A stretch of 64,000 nt of DNA from an uncultured delta proteobacterium (GTDB taxonomy: Bacteria > Desulfobacterota > Syntrophorhabdia > Syntrophorhabdales > WCHB1-27), in NCBI GenBank assembly GCA_963810935.1, contig CAWEPK010000012.1, positions 64,001 to 128,000 on the forward strand, read 5' to 3'. The first letter of the stretch is position 1, and every line of letters starts with the position of its first letter. A program made the translations under genes and the position numbers. The notes under the pieces were generated by a model. The model did not search any database and was not told where the DNA came from. It saw nothing but the letters and a program-made list of their open reading frames with translations. Positions 1 to 8,086 of the stretch are shown here, piece after piece.

Positions 1-1
1 C

Positions 2-556
2 GTCTGCCACAAGCTCAACATAAAGTGCGGGTCGCGCGTGCTCGAGATAGGCACGGGCAGCGGCGCCCTCACACTGCTTTTGTCGAGGGCTGCGGGGCCC
101 GAAGGGTCAGTCGTCTCCCTGGAAAAGGAGGAGCGACATTTCAAGAACGCGCAGAAGAACCTTGCAAAATACCTGGAGCTGCAGAATGTGACGCTCAACC
201 AGGGCGACGCTGCGGACTTCGAGGGCGGACCGTTCGACGCGGCGTTCGTCGACTTGCGCGAGCCGTGGCTTTACCTCGACCACCTCCGGTCGCTTCTGGA
301 CGACGGAGCGCCCGCCGCCTTCATCGTACCCACGGCCAACCAGGTGTCGGAGTGCCTCCAGACGCTGCGGCAGGGGTTCGGTGACGTAGAGGTCATCGAG
401 ATACTCTTCAGGCGCTACAAAACCCTCGCCTCCCGCTTCCGGCCGGAGGACCGCATGGTCGGCCATACGGGTTACCTGATATTTGCTAAAAAAGTGGAGA
501 TAATCCAGGAGGCGCCGGTAGCCGGCTATTCTTTTACCGGTTCTGCATCCCCATAG
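2..556 (+). CDS. trmI: tRNA (adenine-N1)-methyltransferase (TrmI/GCD14 family), 5'-truncated by window edge
   Basis: Open frame from base 2; SAM motif VLEIGTGSG, DLREPW and RPEDRMVGHTGYLIF match TrmI signatures. Confidence 0.9.
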   Translation, partial: VCHKLNIKCGSRVLEIGTGSGALTLLLSRAAGPEGSVVSLEKEERHFKNAQKNLAKYLELQNVTLNQGDAADFEGGPFDAAFVDLREPWLYLDHLRSLLDDGAPAAFIVPTANQVSECLQTLRQGFGDVEVIEILFRRYKTLASRFRPEDRMVGHTGYLIFAKKVEIIQEAPVAGYSFTGSASP

Positions 557-1028
557 GCGCGGGCTGCGAGGGGCTGCCCTGCATTCCTGTACCGGCCATC
601 GTACCGGTCGGCTCCGAGCCCCAGAAGTTGGTCACCTGCCGGCCAAACCTCCTGTCCGCCCAGTTCGGCTGGCTGAATCTGCCAAAATTGGGTGCTTGTG
701 CCAGCCTTGCCTTGTCTACATTTAGAACGAGCTTCTCATTGCGCATGAGACCGAACATGCCGTAAGGCACGGGGATCAGGTTCTTCCCCAGTCCCCGATC
801 GACGACTATATAGGAGATCTTGCCGGTGCTCAGGTCGAGGGCCACATTCTCCACCGAGCCGAGCTTGTTTCCGTTCGGGTCGACTACATCCGACCCTTTC
901 AGCTTATCCACGTTCATCAGCATAGGAGCGCCCGAGGACGGCGTGCTTGTCTGCTGTGCCGCCGCGCCGCCAGCGGAAAACAGCGCCAGCATCGAAAAAC
1001 CGATCAGCACTAAAAGCACCTTTCTCAT
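534..1028 (-). CDS. Exported PRC-barrel domain protein
   Basis: Signal peptide; LKGSDVVDPNGNKLGSVENVALDLSTGKISYIVV...LIPVPY PRC-barrel pattern; AGGAGG RBS upstream. Confidence 0.85.
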   Translation of the reverse strand: MRKVLLVLIGFSMLALFSAGGAAAQQTSTPSSGAPMLMNVDKLKGSDVVDPNGNKLGSVENVALDLSTGKISYIVVDRGLGKNLIPVPYGMFGLMRNEKLVLNVDKARLAQAPNFGRFSQPNWADRRFGRQVTNFWGSEPTGTMAGTGMQGSPSQPAPMGMQNR

Positions 1029-1230
1029 AAACATCCTCCTTGCTTCTTTTTATTTGCGCGACCTGCCCTCTTCGGATACGGTCAAACTGGTGTCTTCCGC
1101 TTTTATTGTCAAGGGCCGGCCGGCGCAAAAGGCGCGGTAGGGAAATACTAGTGCTGCCTGTTTGTTGCGTCCGCGATTATTGCGCCGGCCGCTGCCCCTG
1201 TGATATATTTGACAGCGGTTCATCCAGGAG

Positions 1231-2007
1231 GTGGCGAACGTGCGAACGGCATGCAGAATCTTTCTTGTTCTTTTTCTCGCGTTGCCCGGGGCCGCGTTTG
1301 CAGATAGGGACGACCTCACCCAGATATCGACGATAGACGCCCTCATGACGGGCGTTTACGACGGCGCCGCCACCCTCGGCTCGCTCAAAGAAAAAGGCGA
1401 TTTCGGCATAGGCACGTTCAACAACCTGAACGGCGAGATGGTGCTCCTCGACGGCGTGTTCTACCGCATCACCTCAACGGGAGCGGTCGAGCTGCCCGGG
1501 CCTGAGACCAAGACACCTTTTGCGTCGGTCACGTTCTTCGACGCAGACCGGACGGCCCTCCTCGGAAACGGCATTACTTTCGCGCAGTTCGCGGCAAAGG
1601 CAGATAACCTCCTGCCTACGCCTAATATCTTCTACGCAGTCAAGATCACGGGGACGTTCGAGATCGTGCGCGCGCGGAGCGTGGTGGCCCAGGATAAACC
1701 ATACAAGCCGCTCCTGGAAGTAGTAAAGACCCAGGCGGTTTTTGAGTTCACGCGCGTTGAAGGGACCATCGTCGGCTTCCGCTGCCCGGCGTATGCCAAG
1801 AGCATCAACGTGCCCGGCTATCACCTCCATTTCCTCTCTGCGGACCGGAAGATGGGCGGCCACGTGCTCGATTTCAAGGTCATCAAGGCAAAGCTGGAGA
1901 TCGACGATACAAACACGCTCATACTGGTGCTGCCGTCGGATAAGGAATTCTACGCATCGGACCTGACGCAGGACAGGGAACAGGCGGTCAGGGCAGTGGA
2001 GAAGTAG
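1231..2007 (+). CDS. budA: Alpha-acetolactate decarboxylase with N-terminal signal peptide
   Basis: GDFGIGTF..LNGEM, PGYHLHF and GGHVLD Zn-binding motifs; AGGAG RBS before GTG. Confidence 0.92.
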   Translation: MANVRTACRIFLVLFLALPGAAFADRDDLTQISTIDALMTGVYDGAATLGSLKEKGDFGIGTFNNLNGEMVLLDGVFYRITSTGAVELPGPETKTPFASVTFFDADRTALLGNGITFAQFAAKADNLLPTPNIFYAVKITGTFEIVRARSVVAQDKPYKPLLEVVKTQAVFEFTRVEGTIVGFRCPAYAKSINVPGYHLHFLSADRKMGGHVLDFKVIKAKLEIDDTNTLILVLPSDKEFYASDLTQDREQAVRAVEK

Positions 2008-2100
2008 CGGCGGCTGGAGACGGTGCCGGCCTTGCGGCCGGTCACCTCCCGGCAGACTTTTATTGCTTTTGTTCTCGATAATTCCTACATTAGTGGTGAT

Positions 2101-2946
2101 ATGGTCAGGGGAGAACTTGGGGTACAATTGACGGGCGCCGGGCGGGCAGTGAAGCAGCACCCGCTCCTGAAGCCTTTCAGCGCAGTCGGAAGGGTCACGC
2201 TTTCTATCGTCGGCGACCTCGGGGCAATCCTTATCTTTTTCGCGCTTTCCTTCGCGGGTATATTCTCCAGAAGGCAATGGGGCGAGGCGATGTGGCAGCT
2301 CTTTTACGTGAGCGTCACATCGACCGGCATCGTTATCCTCGTCGGGCTTTTCACCGGCATGGTCCTCGGTCTCCAGCTTTTCCACACGCTGGTGCAATTC
2401 GGCTCGGAAAACGTACTCGGCACGGCAGTCACGCTCGCCCTCGTAAGAGAGCTCGGGCCGGTACTTACAGCAATCATGATAGCCGCCCGGTCCGGCTCCG
2501 GTATGGCGGCGGAGATAGGCATACTGCGGATGTCCGAGCAGATAGACGCGCTCGACACCATGGGCGTCGATCCGGTGCGCTACCTGGTCAGCCCAAGGCT
2601 CGCGGCCTCTATCATCGGCTTCCCCATCCTCACAGCGTTCTTCGACCTGGTCGGCATTATCGGCGGCTACATCACGGGAGTCGTGCTGATGGGCGCCAAC
2701 GGCGGCCCCTATTTCTACAGGGTCTACTCATCGGCGAATACCGCGGACATCACGGGCGGCTTCGTAAAGGCAATGGTCTTCGCCGTCCTGGTGTCGATGA
2801 TCTGCTGTTTCCAGGGGTATTTCTGCCACATGCGGACAGAAAGCTCCGGCGCAAAGAACGTGGGCCTGGCGACGCGGGCCGCTGTCGTCCTTTCGTGCAC
2901 CATGATCCTGATAGCGGACTACGCCGTGACCTCCCTGTTGATGTGA
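2101..2946 (+). CDS. mlaE: MlaE family lipid ABC transporter permease
   Basis: RELGPVLTAIMIAARSGSGMAAEIG, EQIDAL..MGVDP..YLVSPR; start codon uncertain (2101 or 2149). Confidence 0.92.
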   Translation: MVRGELGVQLTGAGRAVKQHPLLKPFSAVGRVTLSIVGDLGAILIFFALSFAGIFSRRQWGEAMWQLFYVSVTSTGIVILVGLFTGMVLGLQLFHTLVQFGSENVLGTAVTLALVRELGPVLTAIMIAARSGSGMAAEIGILRMSEQIDALDTMGVDPVRYLVSPRLAASIIGFPILTAFFDLVGIIGGYITGVVLMGANGGPYFYRVYSSANTADITGGFVKAMVFAVLVSMICCFQGYFCHMRTESSGAKNVGLATRAAVVLSCTMILIADYAVTSLLM

Positions 2947-2953
2947 AACGCTT

Positions 2954-4201
2954 ATGAAGGCACCTCTCATAGAATTCAGGGACGTCACAAAGCGGTTCGG
3001 CGATAAAACGATCCTCGACAAGGTCAACCTTAAGATCTACGAGAACGAGATCACGACGATAATCGGCAAGAGCGGCACCGGCAAAACGGTGCTCCTGAAA
3101 CATATCATCGGCCTTCTCCGGCCCGACGAGGGGACGATACTTTTCAGGGGGAAGCCGTTGACCGAGATGAACAGGAAGGAATGGAGAGACTATAAGCGTG
3201 AGGTGAGCTATCTGTTCCAGCACAACGCGCTTTTCGACTCGATGACCGTGTTCGAGAACGTCGCCCTGCCCCTCGTGCAGACCACTTCGCTGACGCGCGC
3301 GGAGATCGACCAGCGCGTAAAGCGGCGGATCGACCAGACGGAGCTTAGCGACGCGGCCGGGAGCTACCCGGCCGAGCTGTCGGGGGGTATGCAGAAAAGG
3401 GCCGCCCTCGCGCGGGCCCTGGTCACGGACCCGGCGGTGGTGCTTTTCGACGAGCCGACGACCGGCCAGGACCCGATCAGGAAGAATGTCATCCTGAGCA
3501 TGATCGCGCAGTACAGGAGAAGGTTCGGTTTTACGGCCGTGCTGATCAGCCATGACATCCCGGATGTCTTCTTCGTCTCCGACCGCCTGGTCCTCCTGTG
3601 GAACGGCACGGTCGGTTTCGAAGGGAGCTACGAGGAGGCAATGCAGCTCTCGCATCCGATGATAAGCGAGCTGCTGAAGAGTTTGGAAGAACTCCAGGAC
3701 GAGGTGATCGGCCTGCCCATGAAAGAAGCGTTCCGCTCCTGTTATGCGCCCCTCTTTCCGGAGGAGGCCCCGGCGCCCGTGACGTCAGCCATACGTTTCA
3801 CTCTGGACATCGACTTCCCCGCGGGCGCCTTCAGCCCCGACGAGATCGCGGGGGTAGTCAACGCAGTCGCCGAGCAGGCATCGCACCGCCTGAGGCAGCT
3901 CGGCGGGTTCGCGGTCAGGTACGCAGGCAGCGACATACTGGCGATACTGCCCCATACGAGCGAGAAAGAGGCAGACCAGTTTATCGAGGACTACGCAACG
4001 GAAATCAAGGCACACGCGGCCGCGGCGCTCATGAAGCTGAACGACGAAAAACCGGCTGCGCCGCGTCCCTTCGACTTGCGGATAAGGGCGGGCGCCACCA
4101 AAATGTCGCACGAAGACAGCATCGACGATATAGCAGGCAGGGCCGCTTCCAGCCAGAAGGTTCTATCAGCGTTGTCCGGCGGCAAGGGTGGGGATAAATG
4201 A
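2954..4201 (+). CDS. mlaF: MlaF-type ABC ATPase with C-terminal degenerate GGDEF-like domain
   Basis: Walker A GKSGTGKT, LSGGMQKR, DEPTTGQDP, SHD; extra ~165 aa containing RYAGSDILAIL. Confidence 0.88.
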   Translation: MKAPLIEFRDVTKRFGDKTILDKVNLKIYENEITTIIGKSGTGKTVLLKHIIGLLRPDEGTILFRGKPLTEMNRKEWRDYKREVSYLFQHNALFDSMTVFENVALPLVQTTSLTRAEIDQRVKRRIDQTELSDAAGSYPAELSGGMQKRAALARALVTDPAVVLFDEPTTGQDPIRKNVILSMIAQYRRRFGFTAVLISHDIPDVFFVSDRLVLLWNGTVGFEGSYEEAMQLSHPMISELLKSLEELQDEVIGLPMKEAFRSCYAPLFPEEAPAPVTSAIRFTLDIDFPAGAFSPDEIAGVVNAVAEQASHRLRQLGGFAVRYAGSDILAILPHTSEKEADQFIEDYATEIKAHAAAALMKLNDEKPAAPRPFDLRIRAGATKMSHEDSIDDIAGRAASSQKVLSALSGGKGGDK

Positions 4202-4680
4202 AAAAATACCCGATGCAAACCGCAGTAGGTATTTTCGTGGTAATCGGCCTTATTTGCATAGGCTACATGTCCGTCAAGCTCGGCAAGGTCTCCCTGTTTC
4301 AATCGGACACGTATACACTCTACGCCCGCTTCACTTCCGTTCAGGGCCTGCGTATCGGCAGCCCGGTAAATGTGTTCGGGATAGAGGCAGGCAGCGTCTC
4401 TAACATGCGCATAGATAACGAGCGGCAGGTAGCAACGGTGACGATGCGGATCGACAATAGCGTTATGGTTTACAACGACGCGTCGGCCACTATAAAGTCC
4501 ATGGGACTGATCGGCGATAAATATATCAGGATCGACCCCGGCGGAGCGGGCGCGATGCTGAAGTCCCGGCAGACGATCACTAACACGGCCGCCGAGCCCG
4601 ATATCGAAGATCTCCTTGGGAGGTACATCTTCGGCCAGGCAAACCCCCAGCAGGGGGAAGGCGGAAAGGAAGGCAAATAA
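4198..4680 (+). CDS. mlaD: MlaD (MCE domain) protein
   Basis: VGIFV TM anchor, F.SVQGL..GSPV, GLIGDKYI.I.PGG. Confidence 0.92.
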   Translation: MKKYPMQTAVGIFVVIGLICIGYMSVKLGKVSLFQSDTYTLYARFTSVQGLRIGSPVNVFGIEAGSVSNMRIDNERQVATVTMRIDNSVMVYNDASATIKSMGLIGDKYIRIDPGGAGAMLKSRQTITNTAAEPDIEDLLGRYIFGQANPQQGEGGKEGK

Positions 4681-5280
4681 TGAAGGTAACGGCGCTTTTG
4701 CTCGGGGCGGCTCTCCTGCTTGTTCCTCTGCCCGCGATGGCACAGCAGGACGCGACTGCGGCGGTGCAGGCCCACGTGGACGCCGTCCTGAAGGTGCTCG
4801 GCAACCCGGCCTTAAAAGGGCCGAAGGGCGATAAGCAGAAGAGGGCTGAAGTCGTTACGGAAGCCGACAGGTTTTTTGACTTCGTCGAGCTGAGGAAAGC
4901 GGACCCTGGGCCTTTCCTGGAACAGGTTCAGTATGGACCAACGCAAGGAGTTCGTGAGCCTCTATAGACAGCTTCTCGAAGTAACTTACATGGACCGCCT
5001 CATGGCCTATGCCGGTGAGAAGATCAGGTTCGGCAAGCAGGTCCCCCTCACCGCCAATACGGTGGAGGTCAAAAGCGAGCTGCAGACCAAGACAGGTCCG
5101 GTTGCGCTGTCTTTCCGTCTCATAGACGAGGGCGGCCAGTGGAAGGTTTACGACGTTGTTATCGAAGGCGTGAGCCTGATCGCCAACTACCGGAGCCAGT
5201 TCAGGGAAGTCCTCGCCAATCAGGAGCCGCAGGCGCTCATCGACGTATTGAAGAAAAGGGTGGCCGAAGGTCCTAAATGA
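4680..5280 (+). CDS. mlaC: MlaC/Ttg2D (HpnM-like) periplasmic lipid-binding protein; +1 frameshift near 4893
   Basis: ORFs 4680-4967 and 4933-5280 join (FDFVEL.KRTLG..W); WKVYDVVIEGVSLIANYRSQF motif. Confidence 0.88.
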
Positions 5281-6155
5281 AATTTCTTTCGTACCTCGCG
5301 GCGGCTGCTGTTTTCCTCTTCCTGTCAGTCCCGCCTGCGAGTGCCTGGTTACACGTCCCGACCGGATTCACTTACCTGAGCGGAAAGGCGTCGGGCACGT
5401 CGAGGCCCACCTTTGACTCACAGGACAAGGAGGATGCGAGGGCGGAGGTAAAGACAGGCGCGGCGCAGGAAGCGAAGGCGGATTCCGCACCGCAGGACGA
5501 ATACGGCAACGTCACGGAGGAAGAGGTCGGGAAGGCGCCGGTAACAGAGATCCACGTCCCCGACCCCCTGGAAAAATGGAACAGGTTCTGGTTCACCTTC
5601 AACGATAAGCTCTATTTCTGGGTCCTGAAGCCTGTTGCGAAGGGCTACGGAAAAGGCGTGCCGGAGGGTCTTCGCGTAGTCTTCAATAATTTTTACAGGA
5701 ACATCTCGGCGCCTATCCGGATCGTCAACAACCTCCTCCAGCTTAAAATAAAGTACGCGGGCACCGAGCTTCTGCGCCTCACCGTCAACTCGACAATCGG
5801 CTTCGGCGGCCTGCGGGATTGCGCGACCGAATGCTTCGGCATCGGTCAGCATGACAACGACTTCGGCCTGACCCTGGCTTACTACCATGTGGGGCCCGGC
5901 CTGTACCTGGTGTGGCCGGTCATCGGGCCGTCCACGGCCAGGGATACCGTCGGGCTGGTCGGCGACCTGGGTCCCGACCCGATATATTGGTACGTCCCCT
6001 GGACTTATTCTATCCCCATACGCGCGCACGACAGGGTTAATTTCCTGAGCTTCCACCTGGGCGATTACGAGGCATTACGCAACGCAGCGGTCGACCCATA
6101 CGTGGCGCTTCGCAATGCCTACATGCAAAACCGCGCCGCAGCCCTGAATAAGTAG
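5277..6155 (+). CDS. mlaA: MlaA/VacJ family protein
   Basis: DPLEKWNR..F.FND, NSTIGFGG, DFGLTL, YLVWPVIGPSTARD, DPY..LRNAY.Q.R. Confidence 0.92.
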   Translation: MKFLSYLAAAAVFLFLSVPPASAWLHVPTGFTYLSGKASGTSRPTFDSQDKEDARAEVKTGAAQEAKADSAPQDEYGNVTEEEVGKAPVTEIHVPDPLEKWNRFWFTFNDKLYFWVLKPVAKGYGKGVPEGLRVVFNNFYRNISAPIRIVNNLLQLKIKYAGTELLRLTVNSTIGFGGLRDCATECFGIGQHDNDFGLTLAYYHVGPGLYLVWPVIGPSTARDTVGLVGDLGPDPIYWYVPWTYSIPIRAHDRVNFLSFHLGDYEALRNAAVDPYVALRNAYMQNRAAALNK

Positions 6156-6160
6156 TTGAT

Positions 6161-6835
6161 CTATCTTTCGAGTATCCTGATGTCTGTGTAGTCGCCGGTG
6201 GCGCGGCTGCGGGTGTTGTCGGCGTCGGTCATTATTGCGATGCCCCTGGCAACGGGCGGCTTGCTCTCTCCGAAGACGCGCATATAATCCGCAAGCACGT
6301 CGCGCCTCTCCGTCACCCACACCCCGGCGCGCTCCCTGCCGCTGCGGACAACAACGATCTTCGTCCTGGACGAGTAAGGCGATTCGAACGTCTCCCCTTC
6401 GGGGATGGAGTCGCTCCAGACATACTTGATGGACCTGATAAAAGGCCAACGGCCGAAGACGACGTAAACGCCGAGCACGCTGTCGGCCGCCGTTTTGTCT
6501 CGCTCGTCCGACTTCTCGGGAAATAAGAGCGCCCGCCACTGCCACTGGAGTATCGGGTAATCCTTCAGCGGCCACGGCTTCTCATAACCCAGGGGTACGG
6601 CCGCGCCGTCACTGGAGGCCCGGACGAACTTCTTCCCATCTTCAGCGCAGACCGAGTAAATCCGGGCCGGGTCGCCGGATTTGCAAACCCATCCCTGGGG
6701 AGGCTTGCCCACCTCGTCCGATTGGAACGTAAGGCTAAACGGCGGGTCCGCCGCCGCGGCCTGCGCCGCCGGGACGTGGGCCGCAACGGTAAAAACAGCC
6801 AGCAGGATAATGAGACTGATGGACCTTACTTTCAT
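6161..6835 (-). CDS. DUF3047 family exported protein
   Basis: YPILQWQW, W.TE.RDV.ADY..VFGE, GIAIMTDADNT motif; signal peptide. Confidence 0.82.
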   Translation of the reverse strand: MKVRSISLIILLAVFTVAAHVPAAQAAAADPPFSLTFQSDEVGKPPQGWVCKSGDPARIYSVCAEDGKKFVRASSDGAAVPLGYEKPWPLKDYPILQWQWRALLFPEKSDERDKTAADSVLGVYVVFGRWPFIRSIKYVWSDSIPEGETFESPYSSRTKIVVVRSGRERAGVWVTERRDVLADYMRVFGESKPPVARGIAIMTDADNTRSRATGDYTDIRILER

Positions 6836-6943
6836 GAAGAAAAAATATAGCTTTACGGCTCTCAGGAATCAAGAGAGGCGCTATCGCAGGGTCAGCTCCA
6901 CCCTGCTTTCACCGTCCGGCAGGCGGCGTATGGCTGTCCTTAT

Positions 6944-7090
6944 TTAACGGGTATAACCCATGTCAGACTGTATACAATGCACGAAGATGACGGCGGCAAG
7001 GAGGTCGGCGGTGCCGCCGGGGCTGAGGCGGCGCTCTACGAACGCCCTGTGTATGGCGTGCCCTTCATCCTCCCACCCTTTCCTGTACAT
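6944..7090 (-). pseudogene. citG: C-terminal remnant of triphosphoribosyl-dephospho-CoA synthase (CitG/MdcB family)
   Basis: 48-aa frame with F.ERRLSPGGTADLLAAVIF, the CitG C-terminal signature; rest of gene absent. Confidence 0.6.
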
Positions 7091-7176
7091 AATACATCTT
7101 GGTCGAGCCGACTCTGTCAAGACAAACTTTGCGCGGAAAATTGATCTTTGTGCCGGGTATGTGATATTCAACTTCA

Positions 7177-7980
7177 ATGACCGACCGGCTGACAGGCCCC
7201 GAAGCAATGGACGTGCCCGAAATCCTCACGAGGCTCTTTTATCCCCGCAGGGCCTACGGCGATGAGGTGACACCCGTTTACGGCGCCAACCGCAGGATCG
7301 AGGTCGCACCGGGCGTCTCCATCGGCTGCCGCTTTTATCCTGCTTCTACCGTCGGGCCGGCCCTCCTTTTCTTCCACGGCAACGGTGAGATTGCGCCCGA
7401 TTACGACTATATCGCCCATTTCTACCAGGAGAGGAACATCAGCCTCTTCGTGGCCGATTACCGCGGGTACGGGCTGAGCGACGGGTCGCCGACGTGCAGC
7501 GCCATCATCGCCGACGCGCACCCGATCTTCTTCGGCTTCACGGAGATAATGAAGGAATATGAGATCGGGGGCGGCCTCTTCGTCATGGGGCGCTCCCTGG
7601 GGAGCGCGCCCGCCATCGAGGTGGCCGCAAGCTACGGCGCGCAGCTTCGCGGAGTGATCGTGGAGAGCGGTTTCGCGAGCACCCGGAACCAGCTCCGAAG
7701 ACTGGGCGTGGCGCACCTCTTCTCAGACGCATCCGGCGAGGTCGGTTTCGGAAACGACGCGAAGATCGCAAATATCGCGATACCGACACTCATCATTCAC
7801 GGCGAGAACGACGAGATAATCCCCTTCGAAGAGGCTAAGGCCCTCTATGCGCTATCGGGCGCTTCCGATAAGCGATTCCTTCCTATCCCGGGTGCAGGCC
7901 ACAACGACCTGATGGACCGCGCCCTCGATACCTACATGGATGCAGTGGAAGCATTTACAGCAGGCCGGGCAGGCGCGTAA
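7177..7980 (+). CDS. Alpha/beta hydrolase
   Basis: FFHGNGE, DYRGYG.S, nucleophile GRSLG, HGENDEIIP, GAGHND. Confidence 0.9.
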   Translation: MTDRLTGPEAMDVPEILTRLFYPRRAYGDEVTPVYGANRRIEVAPGVSIGCRFYPASTVGPALLFFHGNGEIAPDYDYIAHFYQERNISLFVADYRGYGLSDGSPTCSAIIADAHPIFFGFTEIMKEYEIGGGLFVMGRSLGSAPAIEVAASYGAQLRGVIVESGFASTRNQLRRLGVAHLFSDASGEVGFGNDAKIANIAIPTLIIHGENDEIIPFEEAKALYALSGASDKRFLPIPGAGHNDLMDRALDTYMDAVEAFTAGRAGA

Positions 7981-7988
7981 ACACGTTG

Positions 7989-8050
7989 AAATAAAATAAA
8001 CGGGCTTTCCACGCCATTCTTGAGCGACGCGGAAGGCCCGTCTTCTTTAT
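7989..8050. terminator. Probable bidirectional intrinsic terminator
   Basis: acgggctttcc...ggaaggcccgt stem flanked by A-rich and T-rich tracts between convergent genes. Confidence 0.7.
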
Positions 8051-8086
8051 GCTGTCACGCAGCCCTGAATGGGCCGCTTCTCTCCT

